64,000 nt of DNA from the human T2T-CHM13v2.0 reference genome, Homo sapiens. Below, in pieces: positions 51,272 to 64,000 of this stretch. Position 1 is the first letter of the stretch. Each line of letters opens with the position of its first letter. Location of the stretch: the NCBI RefSeq assembly GCF_009914755.1, contig NC_060933.1; one strand, written 5' to 3'. Position numbers and translations under genes: made by a program. Under the pieces are notes generated by a model. It saw only the letters and a list, made by a program, of their open reading frames with translations. It was not told where the DNA came from and did not search any database.

Positions 51272-52661
51272 TGGGGCAAAAAGCCACGGGGGCGGGGGGC
51301 AAAAAGCCGCGGCGCCTGGGGTGCAAAAAGCCGCCGCGGGCAAATAACCGCGGCACGGGGCGGGGGGGCGTGGGGCGCAAAAAGCCGCCATAGCGGGGGA
51401 GCAAAAAGACGCGGCGGCGGGGGGCAAAAAGCCGCGGCGGCGGGGGGCAAAAAGCCGCGGCGACAAAAAGCCACGGCGGCGGGGGTGAAAAAGCCGCGGC
51501 AGCGGGGGTGGGCAAAAAGCCGCGGCGGCGGGGGGTAAAAAGCCGCGGCGGGCAGAAAGGCGCGGCGGCGGGGCAAAAAGCCGCGGCGGCGGGCGGCAAA
51601 AAGTCGTGGCGGCGGGGGTGCAAAAAGCCGCGGCAGGCAAAGAACCGCGGCACCCGGGGCGCCAAAAAGTTGCGGAGGGCAAAAAGCCGGGGCAGGCATA
51701 AACCCGAGGCGGCGGGGAGACAAAAAACCGCGGTGGGCAAAAAGCCGCGGCGGCGGGGGGCAAAAAGCCGGGTCGGGCAAAAAGCCGTGGCGGGCAAAAA
51801 GCCGCGGTGGTGGGGGGCAATAAGCCGCGTCGGCGGGGGGGGGGGGCAAAAAGCCGTGGCAGCGAGGGGCAAAAAGCCGGGTCGGGCAAAAAGCCGTGGC
51901 GGGCAAAAAGCTGCGGCAGGTAAAAAGCCGCGGCTTTTGGCGGGGGTGCAAAAAGCCGCGGCTTTTGGCGGGGGTGCAAAAAGCCGCGGCTTTTGGCGGG
52001 GGTGCAAAAAGCCGCGGCTTTTGGCGGGGGTGCAAAAAGCCGCGGCTTTTGGCGGGGGTGCAAAAAGCCGCGGCGGCGGGGGCACAAAAAGCTGCGGAGG
52101 CAAAAAGCCGCGGCGGGCAAAAACCCGAGGCGGCGGGCAGGGGGGCAAAAAACCGCAGTGGGGAAAAAGCCGCGGCGGCAGGGGGCGAAAAGCCGAGGCG
52201 CGCAAAAAGCCGCGATGGTGGGGGGGCAAAAAGCCGCGGCGATGGGGGGCAAAACGCCGCGGCAGCGGGGGACAAAAATCCGTGGCGCGGAAAAAGCCGC
52301 GGCGGCGGGGGTGCAAAAAGTCGCGACGTGCAAATAACCGCGGCACCGGGGGGGGGGGGGGGTGGGGGGGTGCAAAAAGCCGCGGCTGTCAAATAACCGC
52401 GGAACCGGGCGGGGGCCGCGGCGGCGGGGGTGAAAAAGCCGCGGCGACAAAAAGCCACGGCGGCGGGGGTGAAAAAGCCGCGGCGGTGGGGGGGGGCAAA
52501 AAGCCGGGTCGAGCAAAAAGCCGCGGCGGCGGCGGGGGTAAAAAGCTGCGGCCGGGCAGAAAGCCGCGGCGGCGGGGGGGCAAAAAGCCGCGGCGGTGGG
52601 GGGGACAAAAAGCCACGGCGACGGGGGTGAAAAAGTCGCGGCGGCGGGGGAGCAAAAAGCC

Positions 52662-52698
<37 letters not shown>

Positions 52699-53480
52699 GG
52701 GGTAAAAAGCTGCGGCGGGCAGAAAGCCGCGGCGGCGGTCGGGGCAAAAAGCCGGGTCGAGCAAAAAGCCACGGCGGCGGGGGTGAAAAAGCCGCGGCGG
52801 CGGGGGTGAAAAAGCCGCGGCGGTGGGGGAGCAAAAAGCTGCGGCGGCGGCGGGTGGTAAAAAGCCGCGGCGGGCAGAAAGCCGCGGCGGAGGGGGGAGC
52901 AAAAAGCTGGGTCGAGCAAAAAGCCGCGGCGGCGGCGGGGGGCAGAAAGCCACGGCGGCGGGGGGCAGAAAGCCGCGGCGGTGGGGGGGTAAAAAGCCAG
53001 GTCGAGCAAAAAGCCGCGGCGGGCAGAAAGCCGTGGCGGCGGCGGGGGGGGCAAAAAGCCGCGGCGACAAAAAGCCACGGCGGCGGGGGTGAAAAAGCCG
53101 CGGCAGCGGGGGTGGGCAAAAAGCCAGGTCGGGCAAAAAGCCGCGGCAGTGGGGGTGCAAAAACCCGCGGCGGGCAAAAAGCCGCGGTGGGGGCGGGGGG
53201 CAAAAAGCCGCGGCGGCGGCGGGTGGGGGGGGGTGGGGGGCAAAAAGCCGGGTCGGGCAAAAAGCCGCGGCGGCAGGGAACTAAAAGCCGTGGCGGGCAT
53301 AAACCCGAGGCGGCGGTTGGGGGCAAAAAACCGCGGTGGGGAAAAAGCCGCGGCGGCGGGGGAAAAGCCGAGGTGGTGGTTGGGGCAAAAAGCCGCGGCG
53401 GCGGAGAACAAAAAGCCGCGGCGGCGAAGGGCAAAAGAGCCGCTGTGATGAGGGTCAAAAAGCCGCGGCGACGCGGGGCA
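51272..53480. repeat. GC-rich interspersed pericentromeric repeat, (GGGGGCAAAAAGCCGCGGCGGC)-type
   Basis: About 2.2 kb of variable ~17-30 bp units built on CAAAAAGCCGCGG. Strongly G-skewed, CpG-dense, with sharp edges. Confidence 0.95.
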
Positions 53481-56400
53481 AGATAGTGGAGATGGGGTAG
53501 AAGGCCGGCACAGCTTGGCTTTGCTGGAGTGTGATGTGATAGGAAATGTGCAGCCAAAGACAAAAAAAGATGTAAGTAGGCTTGACTCATTGCAGCCAAG
53601 AACCCAGATGTTATCTTGAGGGTTTTAACTAATAAGCAGTTTAAATCAGAATGGCACATTCTGATTTGTTTTTTGTATATTCACATTTGGCAGGCATAGA
53701 TACCGTTCGAAGAGAAAAATGTCAGTAGATAGAGGTAACAAACTTAAATATGTGCCGAGTCTAGAAACAAGAGACTAGGGGGATAAGGACCTTTTGAAAT
53801 AAAATGCGAGATTTGAAAACTGATTGGGGGATGAGGAAAAGGCAGGTCTTTAAGGTCAATCCCTGTTTTGCTTTAAGTTGTTAGGGGGTGGTTTTATCAC
53901 ATATTGTAGAATACGTCATTTCAGTTTTGAACATCTTGAGTTAAATCGTCCTAACATAGCTTATGAATTTGATTTTCTTCCCTGGGAAGCTAATATTTCA
54001 AAAACTGAAAGAGTATATAGATTTCCAACTTGTATCCAATTTATAAAACTATCTCTAGGCTGCTGATTTCAGGAGGAGGCTCATGAATATTCTATTTGCA
54101 GAGAATATATCAGGAGTTAACATCAGCGTCAATATTTGTGGACGACCAGTTAACTAAGCCACCTCTTAGTGTATTTAGATGGGAAATCTTAGCTGAAGAT
54201 ATTCAATAATGAACCAACAGTGACTAAAAAATGCAATATTTAAGTATATTTCATTGTAATTAATTTGAATTGAAGTAGCCCTATACAGCTAGTATTTGCT
54301 ACATTGAACAATGCAAATAAGAGGAAAAAATTAATAACCATCTCTAATACCACATGCCAAAATCCTCATCAATTTATTCTAGCTGAAGGAGTTGATCAGA
54401 AGCAGCAGTTGAAAGCATCAATTAAACCAGCTGGGGTTAGTTCACTGTCATTCTCTCAGAACCATCTCTTCTCTGAACAAAACAAGTACAAGAGTTCATT
54501 GTAAATCTGCATTTTCCTTGCCTATTTTAAGGTTTTGATGTTGACACTAATTTGTGAAATCCCTCCTGTGGTGTGATATTTCGTTTTCCTTGCTTTTTGT
54601 TAGGACAAGAATGCTTCAGCTCTTAATTTAAAATTATGTTTCTCCCTCCTAGGTTGAGTGAACTTAGAATGCATTCTCTGACATATCCAAGTTTTTGTTA
54701 ATATGAATTTGGGGAACAAAGCATACTTAATTAGCTAAGACTTCTTATTCTAGGCTTGACCCTGTGTTCGACATCTATTGAATTTGTAGTTGCATGGGCT
54801 GCTCTCTGACACTGGTTACTGACCTGGAAGCTATATTAACGTTAGGGGAGGTGGTGTATGAGCATTAGAGGTATCCTTGCAAGGAAAGACTTGTCTTAAC
54901 TCAATACATCTTTTTTTTGCACACAAGAAAGTCAGTGTTTGAGTCTTCTAAAATCTTCCTATTTCCAAGTTGCAGAGTACCATTGATTCCTAAACAAAGA
55001 CCTAATTTTTGACTCAGAGACGTGGCAAGGTAGTGAATCACCATTATAATTTAACAATCTTCAAGATAAAATTATCTCTCTGATATTTAGATTTTGCCCA
55101 ATTATTAAGATATTTGGGTGTTTCGTTAAGAATGGAAGACTCTAGTCTCTTGAGCAGAGACTATAAAGGCCTCAGATGATCATTTTTACTTTTATGCTCT
55201 TTTCTTTAACACCTTCAACACAGTTGGAAGCAGCCGATATTCCCCAGAGTTGTTGTGTTTTTTAAACCAAATGCATGGTTCAGTGGTAGAAAACTGGGCT
55301 GATCCAAGCTGTTTTCAGGAAACAATTCATTTCAGGTGACCTATTTCATATTAAATAATCTCTAGATCCTGTCTTCAAAACTAGATCAGATAACCTACCC
55401 TGGATTTTCTCCTTTTAGGGTCTGTGAGCTGCAGTCACTTTTGTGAAAATGATTGCAATGAAAAGATAGAGTTGTAGATGGGGAAAATGTTTTGACTAAT
55501 TTAAGCATAGTGGTATTTCATATGAGAATTTAAGTTACACACATTTGAAAATTATAATGGAGTCTCTTGGCTGAGCTTTAAAAAAAAATAGCGTTTAGGC
55601 TAGTGAGAAGTTTTGATCTTGCCATTCCCAAGTAACTCTCTTAATAAGAGGCATCAGCATGCTTCAGTGTCACTTTCCAGTGCTGAGAGTCATCTTTGAG
55701 TTCTCCATTTGACTCCCTACACTCCAATTTAGCTGCAGTTCTCTTGGCTAGTCCTATGAAATACATCCATGGCCTAATGACTTCTCACCACTACTACCAC
55801 TCATCCTGACAGCATTCTCACCTAAGTCACTACCTTTTTTCTCTGGATTAGAGTAGCCTCCCAATTTATTTGCTCACAAAACCTATTTATTCTACACGGT
55901 GCACAAGATACACCCCTTTGAAATGCAAACACAATCATGTTATTCTCTGGTTAAGTTATCTCATATATTCCTATCGCATTTAAAATTAATTCAGAATAAT
56001 CCCCTGATTATCAAAACCCTACATGCTCTTCCACAATATGGTTTACTTCCAAGATATCTCTTCAACTTTTTTTTCACTGTACTGAATTGGTGACTAATAA
56101 TCATATTTTTGTTTTTGCACAAAAAGTCTTGACTTGTAAATTTTTCAGTTTCTCCTTTATCCACAGGTAACTCTTTCCTCATAAGGCGAATTGCTTGTTT
56201 CCTTGAGTTCTGCTCTCAAAGATACCCTTCATTTTCTACCTAATATTAATAACTTTAATCATTATTCCATTACTATGCTCTATAGTGTATACAATTTCTG
56301 TTCTTTGTCATGTTATTAACTAAATTATTTATTTGTTCCAGTAACGTATTCCATAAATATTGTACACATAAAAATTATGTTATTTTTATTGCTGTATGCT

Positions 56401-56779
56401 CAGCTGCCCAATAACAGTCTGAGGATTAACATATTTGTTAAATGCACAAATACGTTCTTTCACAAATATTAGTTTAATAATTTTATATTAAACTCCCTCT
56501 ATACTTACAGTATGAATTAGATAATTGAGAATAAACATTCCAGTGGAAAAAACTAAACAATTTGTTGTAAAACATCCTTAAAAGCATCAGAAAGTTAATA
56601 CAGCAATGAAGAATTACAGGACCAAATTAAGAATGGTATGGAAGCCTGTTTGTGAGGCTTATGTTTGGGTTATCTCTTTACTTAGAGAGACTATAAATCT
56701 CAAAAGAGGATTAAATGGAGAAATAACCATATCAACTCACATGGTAAGGGTATTCAAACATCTCTTAGTAATGGAGAAA

Positions 56780-56920
56780 ATTGAAAGAAAAGGAAAAAGA
56801 GAAAGGGAGAAAGAGAAACAGAGCGAAAGGGATAATGAAGGAGAGAAAGAAGAAGAGAAAGGAAGAGGAAGAAAAGTAAAAAGGAGGAGGAAGAGGGAGG
56901 AAGGTGAAAAGAAAGAATGC
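56780..56920. repeat. GA-rich low complexity
   Basis: Purine tract. Confidence 0.85.
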
Positions 56921-56954
56921 TAAAGTTTTCAACAACATAATTTATCCTTCTAGA

Positions 56955-58475
56955 ATATGAACGTTGGTCTATTTGATGATGTCCCACAGATTCCTTAGTC
57001 TCTGCTCATTTTTTATCTGTTTCTCAGAGTCAATATTTTCCATTTTCTTATCTTCAAGCTCATGACTTCCTCTGTGTGTGCAAATATACTCTTAAATCCC
57101 TCTGGTGATTTTTAAATTTTTATCATTGTAGTTTTCCACTCCAGAATTTCTGCTATCTCTGTTGATATTCCTACTTTTTAATATTTTTTCTGAATCCTTT
57201 ATTTCTTTGTTTATGCTTTCCTTGCGACATTTGAGTATAATTAAGAGAGTTGCCTTAAAGTCTTTGTCTAGTAAGTTTGAAGTCTGGGTTTCCTTAGAGA
57301 TATTTTCTGTCAGTTTATTTTGTTCCTTTGAATGAGCCATACTTTCCCGTTCTTTGTATGCCTTGTAACTTTTTTTGAAAACTGGGCATTATAATAATTA
57401 TAATTACTATGTGGTTACTCTGTAAATCAGACCCTCCCCCACAAACACAGTAATGTTTTGGGGTTTTAAATTTTCTTTACTTATTATATTGTTAAGGATT
57501 TTTTTTTTAGTGAAATTTTCCAAAGTGATTTACAAAACTGTTTGCTTTATAAGGTGTGGTCACCGAAGTCTTTTTGTTTCCTTAACAAATGTTAAGCTAA
57601 TGTTTTGACAGTGATTTTCTTGTATGTCAGGAAGTAAGCAAACAGGCAAATACAACAAAAACAAAAAGAAAAACAAGTAATCATTGTCCAGCAAAATATG
57701 CCTCTAGGCCATGCAGACTGGCTTTGTGCTGGGTTCTTTAAAGCTGGCACAAAGTGTGTGTTCACTCTTGCACTGAGTGAAGTTCAAGTTCACTCTTGCA
57801 CAGAGCTTGCACTGAGGGGAGGGATCGGCCAAGGTAAAAGTGTAGGGTCTTCTGATGACATTTGTCAGCATGTGGCTTAACCTATGCATACATGTGACTT
57901 TCTAGACTCTCCCATGTACGTGAATAATTTTGAATGTCTTAGTTTTCCAAATACTCTTCTCCAACTTTTCTTCCTGTGCTGAAGGTGATCTACTATATGT
58001 GTAAACTCTAATTTTTGCCCTAAGCATCTGTGGTTTGTTAGGTCTCCTTGCAGAGTTCCTTGATAATGTCCATTCCTTATCTGTTCTGTATTCTAGCAAC
58101 ACAGAAAAACAAAAGCCTTTCATGAGTCCTTTAGGTATCCCCCAGACCAGTCAGAACAGACACATAGTAATTTGCGGGTAAGATCTTCTCTTGTTCCTTT
58201 GGACCATGGACCAGTGTTCCTCACTGGGAACGTGGGCTTCTGACACTTCAAAACTGCCAATTTGCTGGGGCAAAGGCAAGCTAAAAATGTCATAAAGTTT
58301 TCAAGTTGTCTTTTTCTTGAGTCTGCTTTCACTCGGTTGTTGTAATCTTTTGACTATTTTCCAGAGTTTTGGCAAAGTTTATTTGGACAGTTTCTCTTAG
58401 TTGTGTGATGTTTCTGTGGGGAAATGAAAGATTGCAGCTGTCTCCACTGCCATTTTGCTGATGCTCCTCTTTTGT
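56955..58475 (-). mobile_element. Old L1 5'UTR/ORF1 region, antisense
   Basis: ORF 57092-57340 (AHSKEQNKLTENISKETQTSNLLDKDFK) resembles old L1 ORF1. ccattttgctg lies near the 5' end. Confidence 0.65.
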
Positions 58476-58515
58476 CAATTTTTGCTTCATGTTATTATGC
58501 TTTGTTATTAGTTCA

Positions 58516-58940
58516 TGTATTAGTTTCCTAGGGCTGCCATAACCAAGTAACACAAACTGGGTGCCATGAACAAAATACATTTATAGTCTTATAGTCCTGG
58601 AAGCTAAAAGTCTGAGATTGAGGGGTCAGCAGGGATGATCCCTTCAAGGGCTATGAGAGAAAACCTGTTCTGTGCCTTGTTTCTCGCTTCTGATGGTTTA
58701 GTGGCAGTCTTTGGCATTCCTTGGCTAATCTCTGTCCTCATAATCACATGGTACTCTCCCTGTGTGTATGTCTCCCTCTACTCAAATTTCTTCTTTTAAT
58801 AAGGACATCAGTCATATTGAATTCAGGCTCATCTGATTGTATCTTAACTTGATCAGCTGCAAAGAACCTATTTTCTAATGAGGTCATATTCAGTGGTTAG
58901 AATTTCAGCATCTATATAAAGGAAACAATTTAGCTCATAT
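58516..58940 (-). mobile_element. MLT1 (MaLR) LTR
   Basis: tgtattagtttcctagggctgccataac...acaaactgggtg...aaggacatcagtcatattg...aatgaggtcatattc. Confidence 0.85.
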
Positions 58941-59613
58941 CTGTGCATACATGATTGTAATAGCTATGTCTCCCTAAAGCGTTGACCCCCTTTTTACTAC
59001 AATATAAATTTTTAAAATCCTATTCACATTTTTAATAGTCTATGTTGTGTGTTATGAGTATAATGAGTTCAGTGTTCTTATGATTGCTCTTTGCATGATA
59101 TTTTTTGTCATCTTTTTACTTTCAATCCATTAGTATCCTTGCATCTCAGCGTATATTGGGATCACTTGTTTTAATCCAGTCTGACTATCTCTGCCTCTGG
59201 AATGGATTTTAATCTGCTCACATTTAAGATTATAATTGGTATAATTCTATTTATGTCTGCCATTTTACCGTTTGTTTTATATATTTCTCAAATATTTTTC
59301 TTTATTGCTTTATTTTGCAATGAAAGAATATTTTCTAAAATAGGGAACTTTAGATTACTAATGAATTATTTTATTATATATTTTTGAGAATTTTTGTTGT
59401 TGTTGTAAGTTTACCATATAGGTATATGGAAAATTAATTATTCAAATCATCTTCCAATTTATACTAGTAAACTTCTGGTAATACATAGAAACATCATTCT
59501 TATATAAATCTCTTTTATTTCCTCCATTTTAAAGTATTATCACTTTACACATTACATCTATTAAAGTTACAAAGCCAACAATACATTTTAGTAATTATTA
59601 CTTTACCATCTAG

Positions 59614-60027
<414 letters not shown>

Positions 60028-61683
60028 CATTATACACATATTATTTAATAAACAATTTATGATAAAGAGAAAAAATGCATTTTTACTGTCTTTTATAATG
60101 TCAATGTTACCTATACCAGTACTTTTTTAAAAATGTGGATTCAAGTGACTGTCTTCTGTGACTTGCTTTTAGCCTTAGGAATTTATTTTAGCGTTTTTTT
60201 TTAATGTGGTAGGTCTGCCAGCAACAACTTCAGTTAATATTTCTGTTTATCTGGGTAAGTCTTTGTGTTATCTTCATTTTTGAAAAATAATTGCTGGATA
60301 AGGAATTCGTGGCCGAGAGTTTTTTTTTCCTTTGCATCTTTTGAATATATTATTCTACTGCCTCTTGCCTTCCATTGTTTCTCTTAAGTCAGCTGTTAAT
60401 CTTACAAAACATAGGTGCTCAAAAAATAAACATGTGCATGAATATTTACAGCAGTAATATTCATACAGTCAAAAAGTGGAAACAATCCATACGCTTGTTG
60501 ACTCATAAATGGACACCCAATTTTCAGCTATAACAAAGAATGAAGTACTTATATATGTTATAATATGGGTGAAATTTGAAAGCATTATGTTAAGTGCACA
60601 AAAGGACAAATATTACTTGATTTTTTTCACATGAAACATCAGGAATTGGCAAATCAATTGGGATATAAATTAGATTAGTGGTCGTTAGGGCTCAGGGAAG
60701 CAGAATAGGGTGTAACAACTTTATGCATAATGGGTTTTTGGAAGGGACATGATGAAATTGCCCTGGAACATTGTGAATATACTAAAAGCAAGTGCATTGT
60801 ATGCTTTAAAATGGTTGTTATTAATTTTATATTATGTGATTTTTACCTTAAAAAAGAAAATAGCCTTACTCTATACATAATAAACTCAAGATATGTTACA
60901 AATGTACATGTGAAATCCAAAATATTATAATATTTAAGGAATAGCTAAGTAGAATAACATTGAAATTTAACATAATGAAACATTTCCTTAAAAAAGAAAA
61001 AAGCACAGTAATTAAAAAGGGAAATATATTTAATATTTTTTCTCTCCATTAAGCATGCCATTAACTGAGTAACAAATCAAGCTGCAATTATGTAAACTAC
61101 ATTTTCTAAAACCATAAAGAAAAGAAGAAATAAAAAGGTATTTGGGAAAAAAATCCAAAGGTACAGTCAACTACACAAAAAAAGCTTAGTCTCATTAATC
61201 ATTATGAAAATGCAAATGGTAACTGAAAGAAGATAAAACTACAATTCAAAGAGAAAGCCTAACATTTCAACCCCCCAAAAAGTCTGGGTTTTGGAGATCT
61301 GGGATGGAATAGGGTTCCTAACCTGACAACAATGAAAGAACCAAACTAACTTCAAAGTCATGACTTTATTTTTAGAGCAACCAGGTTGCCAAGAACTGAG
61401 TCAAAATGTGAGGGAAAACAAGCACCTGCAAGGAGAAAGAGGACAGATGCACTTACATAGGACAGATGCAAATAGACACCACTATGACAAGTAAAGCTGG
61501 AATAATCAATAAATTCCTAAAGACAAAGTGGGGCTGGTGAGATTGGGAGACCGCTGACAGTTGCAGAAGTTGGGAAAGATCCATCATCTTGAAAACTTTT
61601 TCCCCACAAACCCACTGTGATCTCTCAAGCAATTGGTAAGGAATCCAAGAGAGTCTGTATATGACACAGATCAGGGAGAGCAG

Positions 61684-61968
61684 AACACTTGGGAGGTGAC
61701 CAGGTCTTGGGGGCCGAGCCCTTATGAATGGGATTAGTGCCTTTATAAAAGAAGCTCAATGGAGTTCTTGTGTGACTTCCACTGTGTGAGGACATAGAAA
61801 GAAGGCACCATCTATGATCCATGAAATGGGCTCTCATCAACACTGAATTTGTGAGCATCTTGACCTGAGATCTTACAGCCTCAAGAAGTGTGAAAAAAGA
61901 AATATCTGTTGTTTTTGAGTCACCCAGTTTATGTTATTTTGTTATAAGGGTCCAAATAGACCAAGATA
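61684..61968 (+). mobile_element. MLT1A/MST-like LTR fragment
   Basis: gagcccttatgaatgggattagtgcctttataaaaga...aagaaggcaccatctatg...ttttgttataag...gaccaagata. Confidence 0.8.
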
Positions 61969-62189
61969 TTCCACTTAATATGTAGGGGAAGGCAACAAAA
62001 ACTGCCACACTTAGAATACTCCTGATGCTGGGAGTATGAAAACAGGAAAAACAAAACAAAACTGCTCTTAAAGGTGAAGGAGGAATATCACTGAGCTCAC
62101 CAACACAGCCAGGAAAAGAACAGAAGTGTGAGAAGGCTACATTCCTGAGACCCTGAGAAAATGTACCTGCATAAGACTGAGATGAAATT

Positions 62190-62880
62190 GCCTACTCTAG
62201 TTATGATTGAAATCCCAAAAAGAAAAGAGGAAAAAATAATGGAGCAAAAGAAATATATTTCAAAATAACTGCCAAAAATATTCTAAAAGAAGTGACAGAA
62301 AATCAAACTTCAGATATAGGAAACTCAGAGAATGTCAAATAGAACAAAAAGAAATAAGAATTCCGTCTTGAAAAATCTTTAAAAAATCAAGTCTAAATTT
62401 TATATCTTGCTCCAAATATATAGAGATATAAATAGGTTATCATCAAGATATGGAGAAAGCCATATCATGGAAACACTAAAATAAGGCTGTGGAAGGACTA
62501 CATTGATATTAGACACAACAGAGTTCGGAACAAGAAATAGTATCAGAGATGAGAGATAATAGATAATAGAATAATCAATTCTCAAGAAGATGTAAACATC
62601 CTACTAATTAGGGTATGCAGCTAACAACAGAGCCTCCAAATACGTGAGGTAAAACATGAAAGAAATCAAAGGTGAACTAGAAAAATCCAAAATTATATTT
62701 GCAGACTTCAACACTTTTGTCTTAGTAATGGAAAGACTAGGCACAAACTCAGTAATCATGTGGAAGATAAGAACAACAATATCACCAACAAGACATCCAA
62801 TCTTCAATGGCAGCTACTCTTTCCTTTCAAGTGAAAAAAAAACAGTATGGCATATTCTCTAACAAACACAGAATTTCTAA
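62190..62880 (+). mobile_element. Old L1 ORF1-end / endonuclease fragment
   Basis: tatgcagctaacaacagagcctccaaatac and MKEIKGELEKSKIIFADFNT resemble the L1 EN domain. Confidence 0.65.
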
Positions 62881-62889
62881 TGTTTGCGG

Positions 62890-63503
62890 TCTTCCTTCTT
62901 TCCATCTTCCTTTGTCTTCTCTTCCCTTCCCTTGCCTTCTTCCTTCCTTTCTTTTTTTCCTCTTCCTTTTCTTTTCTTTTTTCTTTTCCTTTCTTTCTTT
63001 TCTTTTTTCTCCTTCCTTCTTTCCTTCTTTCTTTCCTCTTATTCTTTCTTCCCTCCCTTCCTTTCTCCCTCCCTTTTCTTCCTTCTTTTCTCGTATTCTT
63101 TCTTTCTTTCTCACGTTGTTGCTTTCTTTCCTTTTTTCTCCCTTCCTCCCGCCCTCCTTTTCTTCCTTCCTCCCTCCCTTCCTTTCCTCTTTTTCCTTCC
63201 TTCCTTCGCCTCTTTATTTTCTTTGTTTCTTTGCCTTCCTCCCTTTTACCATTCTCTCTTCCTCCTTTTCTTCCTCCCTTCCTCCTTTCTTTCTTTCTCT
63301 CTTTCTCTCTTTCTTTCTCTTTCTTTCTTTCTTTTCTTTCCTTCCTTCTTTCTTGTGTTCATGTTTTCTTTTTTCTCCCTTCCTGCCTTTCTCCCTTCCT
63401 CCCTCCCTCCCTTCCTTCCCTCATTTCCTCCTCCTTTTCTTTCTTCTTTCTTTATTTCCTTCCTTCTTTCCTTCTTTTTCTTTGTTTTCTTTTCTTTCTC
63501 TTT
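62890..63503. repeat. CT-rich polypyrimidine low-complexity tract (~610 bp)
   Basis: Almost only C/T on the + strand (TTCC/TTTC units). Confidence 0.95.
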
Positions 63504-63589
63504 ACTACAATTCATATTATTTTTAAAAAATTAAGAGAGGGAGACAGAAAAATAAAGAACGCTTTAATCTGCAGGTAAATAGATTATGT

Positions 63590-63864
63590 CTGCTGCAGGC
63601 AAAAGAATGGCCTCCCAAAAATTTTCATGTCCTAATTCCCAGAGTCTAACATACAAATATGTTAGGTTGCACGGCAGTGTGAAATTAGATTTCAAGTGAA
63701 ATTAAGGTTGCGGAAAAATGATAGAGAGATTGTCTTAAATGGGTGGGATCAATGAAATCACAAACTTCCTTATAAGTGAAAGAAGAAGACAGAAGAAATG
63801 CAACCTTGAAGGTGGTGGCATGAGAAATTACTCAACATCACTGACTTTTAAGATACAAGAATGA
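63590..63864 (+). mobile_element. MLT1 LTR 5' part
   Basis: ggcaaaagaatggcctcccaaaa...catgtcctaattccc...aattaaggttgc. Confidence 0.75.
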
Positions 63865-64000
63865 GGACCCAGCGCGGTGGCTCACGCCTAATCCCAGCAC
63901 TTTGGGAGGCTGGGGTGGGTGGACCACGAGGTCAGGAGATCGAGACCATCCTGCGTAACATGGTGAAACCCCATCCCTACTAAAAATACAAAAAATTAAC
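63865..64000 (+). mobile_element. AluY (runs off the window)
   Basis: gcgcggtggctcacgcc...cacgaggtcaggagatcgagaccatcctg. Confidence 0.93.

Noticed and set aside
51923-52062. CRISPR-like array of palindromic repeats
   Set aside because: The intervening 12-mers are identical rather than unique spacers, there are no cas genes, and the context is primate DNA.
51199-53659. Long overlapping ORFs (653, 802 and 433 aa and others) rich in Pro/Arg/Ala/Gly
   Set aside because: They are stop-free translations of the GC-rich tandem repeat, open in several frames on both strands, with no recognisable domain.
62807-63578. Phe/Leu/Ser-rich ORFs resembling membrane proteins
   Set aside because: They are translations of a CT low-complexity tract.

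Overview
Primate (human-like) pericentromeric segmental-duplication mosaic. It is eukaryotic and contains no intact protein-coding gene. From left to right: (1) a ~4.2 kb GAAAT/GAGAT simple satellite with a ~0.8-0.86 kb higher-order period; (2) ~33 kb of Alu/L1/L2/MaLR-rich DNA carrying two isolated, splice-site-flanked exon relics, namely the RING/B-box exon of a TRIM43-like gene (minus strand, with a DUX4-consensus motif ~1.1 kb upstream) and a 102-bp NAALAD2-like exon missing from the ORF track; (3) a deleted HERV-L provirus with mismatched MLT2A LTRs and a third MLT2A LTR nested inside its 3' LTR; (4) an IGKV1 orphon with an open V exon and intact 12-RSS but dead start codons and a mutated octamer, plus a second, heavily decayed V-kappa relic ~1.1 kb upstream in head-to-head orientation; (5) a 2.2 kb GC-rich GCAAAAAGCCGCGGCGG repeat containing a perfect 5x28-bp palindromic sub-array; (6) more L1/MaLR/Alu DNA. 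Family assignments come from recalled consensus and protein sequences, not database searches, and repeat boundaries are approximate.
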